DNA of 63,725 nucleotides, the filler included, from Thraustochytrium aureum (Eukaryota), in NCBI GenBank assembly GCA_012862495.1. It is 6 parts of 3 records of this genome, joined end to end, with 100 filler letters (N's around TTAATTAATTAA, not from the genome) between each part and the next. Parts side by side here need not be neighbours in the genome. Positions count along the whole stretch, not along the records: positions 1 to 21,554 come from BLSG01000439.1; 5 more parts are not named here. The stretch is one strand, 5' to 3'. Within the stretch, counting starts at the first letter, position 1, and each line of letters opens with the position of its first letter. Of the stretch, positions 10,548 to 21,654 are shown piece after piece. The notes beneath the pieces are model-generated. The model saw only the letters and a program-made list of their open reading frames with translations. It was not told the DNA's origin and searched no databases. Both the position numbers and the translations under genes were made by a program.

Positions 10548-12045
10548 TCAAGAGTCTTGCGGCGTGACCGCCACCTTTCGCGCCCGCAGCGGGTGGAATA
10601 CAGCGACCTGGGCGTACGACTTGAGCGCCCTTGACAGAGCAAATGGGAATGACGGCCACCAGAAACCTGCCGGCGTCGACGGCACGAGCGCCATCCCCCC
10701 AAGAATTCCCAGAGACAAAATCATCAATAGGCCGCCAGCCATGCTAATGCGCAAGTTGCGAATGACCTGCTTGATCAATGCTCTCTGTGCCTCGTCCAGC
10801 ACGCGCGCCGCGTACGTCAGCTTGGAGCTTCCAGTGCGACCCGGCAATGTCTCGCGCATGAGACGGAGCACGCGAACCGTCGAAAGGAACAGGTACCAAC
10901 TGAACCCAAGCTGGGAGCAAATGTAAACAAATACGCCGCCCATGTACACGCTGCGGACGAGAGTCGCAGAGACACGCGTGGTAACATATAGCGCCACAAC
11001 GGTTGCCCAGTCAACCGTGACTTGGGCCACCGCAAGGGCAACCAGAACCCTGGCACGCCGGTTGCTTGACGAGCGAGCATTGACGCGCTCTGCTTCGCTT
11101 TGGTGCCGGGAGACGCTTGCGCCCATGCCATCCCAAAACACAGAAACCAGCAAGTCGACCGCCATCGAGGTGCCGAGCAGCAACGGCCGCATCGCGTTGT
11201 TGGCGCCATCGCCAGCGAAGCCGACGGTTCCAAACCCATTCAAGAAAACAAAATTGACAAGACCAGCATCGGGATGCCGACGAGCGCGAGAATAGCGACC
11301 GCCACACCGTTCTGAGCCGCACCCCTGCGGCGCTTCCAAAGCACCCATAGTGCATACATGCTGATCGCCAAGTACACGGTCCCGTTCACCCAGCGCAGCG
11401 CCAGGCGTGTCAGCCAGTGTTCTGCCAATTCAATGTACGGGTTTGCGTCCACCTCAAACTCGGCCAGGAGGGCTGTGGCCTTGCTTGTTGCGTTCATGAG
11501 AGCTAGAAACGAAAGCAGCTCGTCTGCTTCGTCTGGCGTTGCTGTACTTAGCCACTCAAAGCCAAAGCTACTCAGTGCTCTGAACTGGCCACCGCTGTGC
11601 GCAAAACTGATGTAGTCTGGCGTGGGTTGTGCTTCAATGGTGTGTGTCAGTAGTGCGCTCAAGAATGCCGTCGTGCGTTCCTCGAAAGTCGAGCCAACTC
11701 CATACCCGTCGCACGTGCTCTTCACGCCTGCCACGAGCACCTTCGGGTCGTAAGCGACGAGACTCCCATCAAACTTTTCGGCTAGCGCTTTTGGCCGCTC
11801 GCGCCCGCCACGGAGGGCGTACATGGCTTGGCAGAGCAACTCCAAGTCCTCCTCCTGAAAAAGGCAACTGGCAGCCTGACGGACTCGGTCATGTGACCGC
11901 CGATGAACTTGTTCGCGACCATCGAGGTCACGTTCACGTGCACTTGGCCGCCCTCGCCGTAAATCCACCAGCCTGCCACGAGCCTGCGCGAGGAGCGACG
12001 CAACGACCCCGCAACATAGACTAGCGCTGCCCAGCCGCGCAGCAT
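10548..12045 (-). CDS. Multi-pass membrane protein (signal peptide, extracellular domain, about 7 TM), frameshifted in the assembly
   Basis: Overlapping ORFs 11782-12045, 11240-12163 and 10548-11348 concatenate into a protein with serial hydrophobic helices. Two of the frame switches fall near A-runs at about 11860 and 11250. Confidence 0.55.
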
Positions 12046-13059
12046 TTTGCGCTCGCCCGGCCAATGGGCGCTGTCGTGGCACCTTCGTCCGAGCTCCTCT
12101 TCTAGCGGTCACGCGGGTGTCGGTCGCCCACTGCAACGCAGCAGGCGACCAGGCCGGAAGCAAGGTCTCGTCGCAAACAGGCTGTCGCTGCGACTGCTGT
12201 CTCTGGGATTCGCCTGGCTTGATCGGTGGTTGTGGACTCGGCGTGCACGCGCGTCGTGCCCGGCGTCGTGACAGCCAAAGCCCTCCGCAGCGGTGAGCCT
12301 TTGAAATGGGTTTCCTCCGTTCCTTCTTTCCTTTCTACTTGCTGGCGTGTGCTTGTCGCGGCAGTGCATTTGGCCGCGCTGGCTGCGCATAACAGCTCCG
12401 ATCGTCAGTTAGAAGACAAGGTGGCCTTCGTTGCCTGCCAAGTCAACTCACAACGGATCCAACGGATACACTTGCGAAGATATGGCCCATTTTGCTTGCA
12501 GTGCCCTCCGGCGTGAAGAGTGCATCTACGCAGACGCTCGAAGAGTGCNNNNNNNNNNNNNNNNNNNNNNNNNNNNNNNNNNNNNNNNNNNNNNNNNNNN
12601 NNNNNNNNNNNNNNNNNNNNNNNNNNNNNNNNNNNNNNNNNNNNNNNNNNNNNNNNNNNNNNNNNNNNNNNNNNNNNNNNNNNNNNNNNNNNNNNNNNNN
12701 NNNNNNNNNNNNNNNGAGTGCATCTACGCAGACGCTCGAAGAGTGCCGCGACCGACCGGTACGCTTGTACGTGTTTGCTGCGCTTCGGTGGACTGCAGAC
12801 CGCCGAATTCGCAGTTTGTTTCTGGTTGGGTTCCACTCCTCGCATAGTTTTCTTGACAGGTCGTGGACCAACTAGTAGGGCAGTGCGCGTTGGCCCTCTA
12901 GCTAGAGGGCAGACGTCAGAGCACCGCCGTGAGACCGTTGAAGCCGGTCGGAAGACTGAAGATCTCGGTCAGCTTGGCCTGGTCGCCCGCGGTCTGGGCC
13001 CCAGACGAGCGCTCTGCTGCGTGTCTGGCCTTGGCGCCACGATGATTCCAGCAAAGGCC

Positions 13060-13439
13060 CTCTATCGTTCTTGAAAGTCGTTTGGAAGAGCACCTTGGCG
13101 AGGTTGACTCCGATCTGGCCTTTCCAGTTGCGCTGGTTGGCCATGCTCTCGGAGGCCGCAAGAGGGACGATCCGGGCAGGCTTTGCTTGGCCGCGAAGCG
13201 AAGTTCTCGTCAGCCGTTGCGCCCGTGATTGGCTCTGTGGGCGTATTCGTCTGTGCGGAGCACGACGACGATCTCGGCTTCGTCAATGGCACCATACATG
13301 GCCGCCGTCCGTCAGGAACTTTTGGTCCACTACACGTCCCAACCTTCTGGCGCTCCATCCAGGCCGCAGCCTCTTCCGCAACGACATTGATGGAGCGTCC
13401 GTTGACTGTCAAGATCCTCTCGTACGAGATCATGATCTT
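13060..13439 (-). pseudogene. Degenerate TIR (TIR_2-like) domain
   Basis: Stitching frames gives KIMISYE...WMERQ/GWDV*/VDQKFL/AAMYGAIDEAEIVVVLRTDEYAHRANHGRNG*RELRFAAKQ/RIVPLAASESMANQRNWKGQIGVNLAKVLF, with in-frame TAG/TGA and several indels. Confidence 0.6.
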
Positions 13440-14540
13440 GAGTCGGCCTTCGCCCGCCTCGGCCTTTGTGTCCTTCTGCTGCGTTTCGCTGCCTGACCGA
13501 ATACCTGCTTGCCAATCTGCTTCAGAGTCTCCCGATGTGCGCTACCGGCTTTGTCAGTGCATCGCCGAACGCCTCGGCATTGCCGGGCCATCCGCCCTTG
13601 GCAATCACCAGCCCGCGGCGCTCCGCAGCTTGTGCGCGCAGCGCATCGAGGAGGCCGAGCCCGCGCCGTGCCATTCAAGAAGAATTTCAGGCTGGCAGAC
13701 CAAGGGCAAGTCGAGGTCGTTTCTATGCTGGAAAACTGGTCAGCGATGCGCGCCTTGACCGCCGCCGTCGCCGAACCGACGAGCGGCGCAGAGCCCGACC
13801 ACGGACCACGATTCGCGGATTGTAGCCGCGGCTCCCCACGCCGCACTTGGCATTGGGGGCACCCGACGCTGTCGAGAGCAGAGAGAGCGCCTACCTCTAG
13901 AGGTCCGCACGCTCGGCCGGATCAGTGTTGCCGCGATTCTGCCGTCTCTGCAAAACGCGGGTACAACGGGGATACCAATCGTGTTTACTCGGTGCCGTGC
14001 GCCAGGGCAGGCCCCCAAGCGGAAAACGCGCACTTCCGGCTGGCCGAAGGAAGCGACAACGCCATTTTGGCCCTGACGTAGACAGAGGACACGGCGCGCC
14101 AATGCACCCACCGTGAACTTCGCTGTCGCCTGCGCAAACGCACGCGCCCGGCAGGCCAACCCAGCACGAGTGTTGCAGACGTGCTCAGCGCCTGGCGAGC
14201 GCTTGGCGAGCGCTCTGGACTGTCCAGTCGCACTTCTTTCAAGATCAATCAAGACCAAAAAAAGGACCTGGCTACGCGAGTCTGCGCGTCCGTCCGTGTC
14301 TGGCCTTGGCTTGCGGAATGCCGACTGCTCCGCCCTCACGTGACCAAACTCGCGGGCCGCCCAACGAGCCGGCAGGCCGCAGCCTCAGGAACGCGCACTG
14401 CGCATGCAATCCGTCCGGCCCAAGCAGGCGCCAAGAAGGTGCCCGCCAAACCACGCTGCTGACACGAACAGCATGTCCAGGCCGACATCGCGACGTGCAG
14501 CGGCAAGATCTTCGAGCCCCTGGCGCCGCGGGGCAGGTCG

Positions 14541-14573
14541 TGGATGGATAGATGGATGGATGGATGGATAGAT
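14541..14573. repeat. (GGAT)n microsatellite
   Basis: tggatggatagatggatggatggatggatagat is directly visible. Confidence 0.85.
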
Positions 14574-14883
14574 GTCATGAGGCAAGAAATGGGTCTGGCA
14601 CCACCACGTTTTTCAGTTTGATGGCAAACAGGAACAGCGAGGTGGAGGAGCCCATTACGACGTGGCTCCCGATCGATCGGAGACGCCCGACGCGTACTGC
14701 GCCACGGCGCCGAGCTCCCGAATAGATCGCGAGACGCGCTGCGCGTCGCGGATTTCTGGGCGGCCTGCGTGCGTGGTTCCTCGGCTGGGGGCGGCGGACG
14801 ATCCCCGTCGATTCTTGCCTCGTGCCCGCTGCTTGCGGCCCGCCGCGCTGCGGCGGCCGGCGCCGGCCGGGGCTTGAGTGGCG

Positions 14884-17800
14884 ATGGGCGTGCATGGACT
14901 GTGGAAGATTTTGGCGCCCTGCGGCCGGCGCGTCGATATTGAGACGCTGCGCGGCAAGGTTCTGGCGATTGATGCCAGTATATGGCTCACGCAGTTTATC
15001 AAGGCGATGCGGAGCAAGCACGATGGACGCATGTTGCCGAACGCGCACATCGTGGGCTCGTTGCGGCGTATCCTGCGCCTCTTGCACAACAAGATTAGGC
15101 CCGTGTTTGTGTTCGATGGCGGCGTGCCCGTGCTGAAAAAGCGAGTCGCTGAGGCGCGCCGCCAGCGCGTCGACTACAACTCCCGCATCCTCAAACGCGC
15201 CGCTGAGAAGCTATTGCTGAACCGTCTTTTGCAAAAGCAGCTCGACGCCAGCAACCCCCAGCCCAAGGCCCCGGTAAACCTTGCGCCAGGGTTTGTTCTG
15301 AGCGACGACCATGCGAGGCGGACCCAAGAAGAATCCGAGGCACCTCCGCCAGCAGCTACTTCGACGTGCACAAAGGCAGTGGCGGGGACTGGCGTCGATA
15401 AGGACGACGACGATGATGGTGGTGGTGATGATGACAATGATGATGATGATGATGAGGAGGAGGAGGAGGAGGAGGAGGAGGACAACGACGACGACGAGGA
15501 GGACAACGACGACGACGAGGAGGACAACGACGACGACGAGGAGGACAACGACGACGACGAGGACGACCCTCCTGGTGTCGACTGGGCAAAAACCCCAGTC
15601 ATGGCGGCTACCAGCAGCATCCTCAGCGCCATCGACCTCACGGGCGAACCTGCCACCGATGCGACTGCGCAGAACCTACAACGTGCGCAAAGCCGAGACG
15701 ACCAGTTCGACGAGGAAGATGGGGACATGATGGACTCTGCGGAGAAGGCTGACGAGGTCATCGACCAGCTCGCCATAAAAGAGAACGGCCAGGTCGACCT
15801 TAGCGAAATCCATGCCCTACCGCAACGTCTCCAGTACGAAGTCATCGCTCGCCTCAAGGATAAGCGGAGGCAGCGGGAGTCAAAGCGCAACGAGTTCATC
15901 CCCGTCGCTGCAGATCCGCAAAAGTACTCTGCAATGCAATTGTCCCACTTTCTCAAAGACGTCACAATGAAGAAAAAGCTGGACAAGATGGAGTCGCAGC
16001 TCACGTCCAGAGCTGGGGATGGGAAGCGGATCGCCTCGGATGCGACACGACAATACGTCCTTATCGACACGAGCGTTGCAGCTGGCAAAGCAGGCCAGTG
16101 TGGCTCGCCGGCTGCGACGCCCTCAAGCGCGACTGCCACCGCGAGCCAGGAGCTCGCGAAAGGACTGGTTGGGGCCGAGTCACGCGCACCAAAGGCGTTC
16201 GACCCTACGGAACTCCGCGTGCGCGCCGCGATTAGCAACTCATCTGCGGCAGCAGCAGCAGAAATTACTGCTCGACGTCGCGAGAGCCGCGAGGCGGCAC
16301 GAGCCCAGCGCTCTGTCCCTGCATCAGCCTCGTCATCTTCGTCTTCTTCGTCGTCCTCGTCTGCAGCCGCTGTTCCGAGTTGGCTGCAAGTTCAACCTGT
16401 GCAGGCTCCGGGCAAACAAGGCGCTGTCTTCGAGGTTTCGAGCGACGAGAGCTCCGATTGGTCAGCAAATGACCAACGTTTTGGAGGTATTATCCTCTCG
16501 ATCCCGAAAGAGGAGGCCGCCCGCATTGAGGCCCAGTTGGACAGACCCGAGTCTGAAGCCCAGCCGCCCTCGAAGCGTCGGCGAAGCTTGGACGACCTAG
16601 ACAGCGATCGTGCCAGGGAACTGCGTGCAGACGAAAAGGCGCTTCAGAAGGCGATGGACACTGCCGCGAACCTAACCTCGTGGGCGGCACGTGCAGTTCG
16701 GCGTGCCGTTGAGCGGCACAGGACTGCGGCACAGCCTGCTGATGCTTCAGATCAACCCGAGCACCCGGTGCAAGACGCAGCGTTGCTTGAGGCCCTTCCA
16801 GAGCCCCCCCCTAGGTCCACTCTGCGTTTTACGGTGGAGCAAGGTCTGGCGCGTCAGCCGGACGCCATTGTCGAGTTTTCGGCCGGACCAACCCCTAGCG
16901 CAGCCGCGATCATGGAAGTGGAGCCGACGAACCCGCCAGAGGTAGTCGAGCCCGCCTCCGCACTGCAAGCTGCTGTCCAGCTGGTTCGCTGCGAGGAGGA
17001 AGCGGAAGGGCACCCTATAACGGCCGAGACAAGCTTAGCTGTCGCGCCGGCGGGCATGGTTGAGCCGCCTTCCGCTCTCGTCGAGCGAAGAGCAGGCTCT
17101 CCGGTTGCTGCGGCGAAAATAGGCCCTGCAGGTGCTATTACAGCAAGATTGGGTCCTGGAGCTCCGAGCCCGCTCCCCCCTGTCGTTGAGGCGAGCTCGG
17201 CGCTCGCTGGACTCCCTGTCCTCGAAGCGGCCCCGCCGAGTGCCGAGGGTCTTGAGGACTTGGAGATACAACGAGCAGAAGACGAGCTCTGCAAGGCAGA
17301 GCGGGAGGCGAAGCTAGATGGAATGCAGCGTGACCTGATCCGGCAAAACGCAGCCCTGGTGAGAGAGCGCAACCTCGCCCAACGTGACATGGAGACTGTG
17401 ACGCCCATGATGCTCGTCGAGGTCAAAGAACTTTTGGAGGCGTTCGGGCTCCCGTATGTCGAGTCGCCAATGGAGGCCGAGGCGCAGTGCGCTGCGCTAG
17501 AGCTTCGTGGGCAGGTCGACGGCGTGGTCACAGACGACTGCGACGCGTTTCTGTTTGGGGCGCGGAACGTGTACAAAAATATTTTTGACGACCGCAAGTA
17601 TGTTGAAGCATACCGCGCGAGCGACGTGGAGCGTGAGCTGGGTCTGGATCGCCAGCGAATGATCAACCTCGCGCTGCTCCTTGGCAGTGACTACACGACA
17701 GGCATTAAGGGCGTTGGGGTGGTGAACGCGTCGGAGATTGTCGCCGCGTTTCCGGACCTCTCCGCATTTCGCAAATGGGTCAACGACCCGAGCGAGGGTG

Positions 17801-18360
17801 TTGCCGAGACGACGGGCCAGTCAGCCAAGGGAAAACGGCGTGCAAGCCGTGCGGAGAGCGGGACCACAGATTGCGAGGACCGTGGCGCGGAAGGTTGCGA
17901 CAGCGCTGCAGAGGCCGCGCTACGAGCCTTCAAGTCGTCCCATCGGAGCGCGAAGAGAAAATGGGTTGTGGCGGACGAGTTTCCCTCGCAGCAGGTGATC
18001 GAGGCGTACGAAAAGCCGATGGTAGAGCCCGACGTAGCCATGGAATGGAAGCGGCCGGACCGGAACGCGATTCGGTCGCTGCTCGCCAACAAGCTGGGCT
18101 GGTCCCCGGAGGACACAGACGCCCAAATCTCAAAGCCGCTGGACGAATTCGCAAGGCGTGAGACGCAGACAACGCTGGCGTCATTCCTCGTCGGCTACAA
18201 GGACGAGAGCCGGGTGGGGGCGATCCGCAGCAAGCGCCTGCAGTCGGCGGTCAAGGGGCTCCGCAAGCCTGGCGCCCCCAAGGTCCCCTTTGTAAACGCC
18301 GTTGGCTTTGACCTTTCCGAAGGTGCACAAGGTGCCGTCGCCCGCCGCAAGCCGAGCTAG
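14884..18360 (+). CDS. ERCC5: XPG/RAD2 structure-specific DNA repair endonuclease
   Basis: XPG-N (MGVHGLW, LAIDASIW, RPVFVFDG); XPG-I (GLPYVESPMEAEAQCA, VTDDCDAFLFG, LLLGSDYTTGIKGVG); UBM-like IHALPQRLQYEVI; C-terminal QTTLASF PIP-like box. Confidence 0.95.
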   Translation: MGVHGLWKILAPCGRRVDIETLRGKVLAIDASIWLTQFIKAMRSKHDGRMLPNAHIVGSLRRILRLLHNKIRPVFVFDGGVPVLKKRVAEARRQRVDYNSRILKRAAEKLLLNRLLQKQLDASNPQPKAPVNLAPGFVLSDDHARRTQEESEAPPPAATSTCTKAVAGTGVDKDDDDDGGGDDDNDDDDDEEEEEEEEEDNDDDEEDNDDDEEDNDDDEEDNDDDEDDPPGVDWAKTPVMAATSSILSAIDLTGEPATDATAQNLQRAQSRDDQFDEEDGDMMDSAEKADEVIDQLAIKENGQVDLSEIHALPQRLQYEVIARLKDKRRQRESKRNEFIPVAADPQKYSAMQLSHFLKDVTMKKKLDKMESQLTSRAGDGKRIASDATRQYVLIDTSVAAGKAGQCGSPAATPSSATATASQELAKGLVGAESRAPKAFDPTELRVRAAISNSSAAAAAEITARRRESREAARAQRSVPASASSSSSSSSSSSAAAVPSWLQVQPVQAPGKQGAVFEVSSDESSDWSANDQRFGGIILSIPKEEAARIEAQLDRPESEAQPPSKRRRSLDDLDSDRARELRADEKALQKAMDTAANLTSWAARAVRRAVERHRTAAQPADASDQPEHPVQDAALLEALPEPPPRSTLRFTVEQGLARQPDAIVEFSAGPTPSAAAIMEVEPTNPPEVVEPASALQAAVQLVRCEEEAEGHPITAETSLAVAPAGMVEPPSALVERRAGSPVAAAKIGPAGAITARLGPGAPSPLPPVVEASSALAGLPVLEAAPPSAEGLEDLEIQRAEDELCKAEREAKLDGMQRDLIRQNAALVRERNLAQRDMETVTPMMLVEVKELLEAFGLPYVESPMEAEAQCAALELRGQVDGVVTDDCDAFLFGARNVYKNIFDDRKYVEAYRASDVERELGLDRQRMINLALLLGSDYTTGIKGVGVVNASEIVAAFPDLSAFRKWVNDPSEGVAETTGQSAKGKRRASRAESGTTDCEDRGAEGCDSAAEAALRAFKSSHRSAKRKWVVADEFPSQQVIEAYEKPMVEPDVAMEWKRPDRNAIRSLLANKLGWSPEDTDAQISKPLDEFARRETQTTLASFLVGYKDESRVGAIRSKRLQSAVKGLRKPGAPKVPFVNAVGFDLSEGAQGAVARRKPS
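15403..15566 (+). repeat. D/E-rich tract with 21-nt GAGGAGGACAACGACGACGAC tandem units in the XPG spacer
   Basis: Directly visible GAT/GAG runs and four EEDNDDD-type units. Confidence 0.85.
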
Positions 18361-18853
18361 ATCAGAATTCAGATTGTGCGAAGCCGCCGTTTCGTTTTCG
18401 TCAACCCAAGCGGGTCGTTGGTGAGCTGGGACGGGCGTGGTCCTTGTCCAGGGCGCCGGGCCTACCAGGTGGAGGAAGGCGCGTTTTGACGCATGGCCCG
18501 GCCTGGCAAGGCGGCTGGTATCGCAGCAGAGGTGGAGCATTAGGTCGCTGGTCCATGGGCAGGCTTGCGCTTCCAATCACGGGGAACTGGCGTCCGGAGT
18601 TGCTGGCCCATGGGGTCATTCCAAACCAGGCTCCGCGTTTGCCGGAGGTCGGGGGTAGAGTACCGTGAGTACTCTCGTGTCACGTAGCAACGGAGAGTGC
18701 GTCATTTGCTCTCTCCTCTAATTGGAAGACGGTGCGGCGCTGCATTCCTGCTTGCGGTCTGCACCGCGCAGCGCCAAATCGGGCTTTGGATTTTTTCTTT
18801 CTATCGTAGTAGATCATCTCTGTACGAGACGTGAAGGGGCCTCGCCTCACGTT

Positions 18854-21252
18854 TCAGTTGGAAGGCTTGACGGAGCTGGCGATGCTGGCAAGCCCGATGG
18901 CGAAAGCCATGACTGGCGACATGGGCTCTTTGTAGTAGCAGTTGAACAAGTTCTTGTTCGTCTTGCCGAAGACATACATGACGTCGCCAGAGCCTTCATT
19001 CGGGTTGTGCAGGATGACATTCTTGATGCTGCTGCACATGGCCATGCCACGAAAGTCGCTGAGCCGCGGGAGGTACATGGGCTTGCCCGGGAGATGGTTG
19101 GCCAGCGGCAGTACGGTCTCGTCGCCGTGCGTGAGCCGCTCAAACATACGCTCCTTCTTGGAGAGCGGGCGCCGGTTGTGGCCGAGGGCCGGGACGGCGA
19201 CGCGAACCTTGCGCCGGTGCGTGTCGTGAGACTGCTTCTCAAACTTGATCGCCCCGAGTTCGCGCCGGGCGTGCATCGCACCGACCGCCTTGGACGGGTT
19301 GAGGCCGGAGTCAAACACCTCAAACATGGATCCTCCCGCATTAGACTTGACCTTGGCCACGTAGGTCTCGGTGACTGCCGACGACGAGGTCGACTTGGTC
19401 GACTTCCAGGAAGCAAAGCGCGACTTTGACGAGCCTGCGCCAGCGTCCTCGACCGCGCGCGTCGAGAGGTTGATTGAGAACTGCTGCTGTGTGCTGAGGC
19501 GCTTGAGCCCGTCCTTGCGGCGGAAAGCGGTCATGAGCCGCACCCCGTTCGACTGATTGATGAAGGTCCACAACTTCTCGGTCTTGTCGTACATAATGAT
19601 GCACTTGACCAGCTTGGCTGACTCGATTGGGCTGACCAAAAAGTCTTTCAACGCGGCCTCGCTCGCGAAGGTCGTCGGGATCACGTGGGCTAAGGAAGCG
19701 TCATCGAATTGGACAACATTGCCGTCCGCGCTACCTTCGTCGTCCAGATCGCTCTCGCCGTCCGAGTCTGNNNNNNNNNNNNNNNNNNNNNNNNNNNNNN
19801 NNNNNNNNNNNNNNNNNNNNNNNNNNNNNNNNNNNNNNNNNNNNNNNNNNNNNNNNNNNNNNNNNNNNNNNNNNNNNNNNNNNNNNNNNNNNNNNNNNNN
19901 NNNNNNNNNNNNNNNNNNNNNNNNNNNNNNNNNNNNNNNNNNNNNNNNNNNNNNNNNNNNNNNNNNNNNNNNNNNNNNNNNNNNNNNNNNNNNNNNNNNN
20001 NNNNNNNNNNNNNNNNNNNNNNNNNNNNNNNNNCCAGATCGCTCTCGCCGTCCGAGTCTGAGTCGTCTGAGGAGGCTTGCTCGGCCTCTTGTTCTTTCGC
20101 CGCCGGGACTGCGGTCGTGGCCGTCTTGTCTGTGCTTGTGGCGCTCATATTGGCCTCCTTGGATTCGTTCTCGGTGGCCGAGGGCCCAAAGAAAGGGTCA
20201 AAGTCTGCGGCCGCTTCGGGGTTTGCTAGCACGGTGCTGCCGGCGGGCTGCAGGATGCCGTTGTGCGTAGCGCTGTACGAATTGTGCTGCATGAATTGCT
20301 GCGGAGCTTGCTGGAAGCCAGCGTAGGATTGCGGCGCTTGCTGGTGGTGCTGGGGGGCACAGTGCTGTTGCTGTTGCTGGAACCCAACGCCGGCGTAGGC
20401 GGGCTGGGGCTGGCTCGCGGCGTAGAAGGGCTCCCCAAAGTACTCGGTCGGAAGCGGCGAGGCCACGTCAAAGTGCGAGCTTGGCGAGCTCGATGAGCTC
20501 GTAGAGCTCGCGTAGGTGGACGGCGTTAACCCAGCGGTAGGAGGGCCCAAATATTGCGCCTGGTAGCCCAGCGGAACAGGACTGGCCGAAGTTCCGTACT
20601 GCTGCTGTCCGGTGTTGTTCTGGCTCGAGCTCTGGTAAGCCGCCGGGGCCGGACGCGACGGCTGACGCTGAGCGAGTTCAATAGCGGGCGGGACGGGCGA
20701 AAGGTCATGCTGCGGCTGCGGGGAGAGCAGCGGGAAGGCATCTTGGCTCGGCGCTGGGCGTCCGGGTGCGGGGCGCACCGGAGGCGCGGACATTCGGCGC
20801 GACTGCGTTTTGGCGCCCAGCTGTGTCTGAGCGTGCGGATCGACCTCGTTCACAACAACCGCCGCCAGGTCAGCAAAGGCCGAGTCAAACGGGTTGTCAA
20901 AGCTCTGCGCTTGCGGTCGGCCTCCAGACGACTGTTGCCACTGCTGCGGCTGTTGCGGCGCGTACTGCTGCGGCTGTTGCGGCGCGTACTGCTGCGGCTG
21001 TTGCGGCGCGTACCGCTGCGGCTGCTGCGGCGGCGATTGTTGCGACTGTTGCGGCGGGTACTGCTGCTGCTGCTGCTGCTGCAGCTGCAGCTGGTACTGT
21101 TGATACGAGGGCTGTTGCTGGGACGGATACTGGTGATACCCCTGTTGCACAGGCTGAGCCCCCCCAAACTGCTGCACAGCCGCGGGCCTGGCCCCAATCC
21201 CGACAGCCGCATCCTGCTGCGGCCCGCCGCCTTGTTGCCCTTGCTGATACAT
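18854..21252 (-). CDS. Tubby-like protein with a long Q/P/Y-rich N-terminus
   Basis: Tub domain motifs YVAKVKSNAGGSMFEVFDSGLNP, ELGAIKF, FRGMAMCSSIKNVIL, VFGKTNKNLFNCYYKEPMSPVMAFAIGLAS. The flanks of gap 19771-20033 overlap by 27 nt; merging them joins the two ORFs in frame. Confidence 0.85.
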
Positions 21253-21554
21253 CCTCCGGCCCAAGCAGTCTCAAGCAGGCTCCTTCGGTAAAATCCGCGC
21301 AACGCCAGGCCGATCCGGTCCCCGACGACAAAAAACGCAGCCCTGAACGCGCGCTGGCGTCAGCTTTCACGCCAGCCCCGCCACTAGCGCGCCCTCGTCC
21401 TCCTGCGCCGCCTGCTCCTCGCCGCGTCGCGATGCGTGTCTGCAGCGGTGCGCGCCTGCCGTGGGTCAGACCGTCCGGCAACGGAGTCCCAGACCCTCTA
21501 TTCCTCCGGCGGTCGCACCTTGTTCCTAACAAATAACCCTAACTTAACCCGCTA

Positions 21555-21654
21555 NNNNNNNNNNNNNNNNNNNNNNNNNNNNNNNNNNNNNNNNNNNNTT
21601 AATTAATTAANNNNNNNNNNNNNNNNNNNNNNNNNNNNNNNNNNNNNNNNNNNN
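21555..21654. other. Artificial contig linker
   Basis: 44 N + TTAATTAATTAA (stops in all frames) + 44 N. Confidence 0.97.

Noticed and set aside
21533..21554. True telomere at a scaffold end
   Set aside because: Only about 3 degenerate units, and the C-rich strand points the wrong way for a right-hand chromosome end.
21599..21610. Palindromic TTAATTAATTAA recurring five times as a biological site
   Set aside because: Always centred in exactly 44+44 N, so it is an assembly linker.
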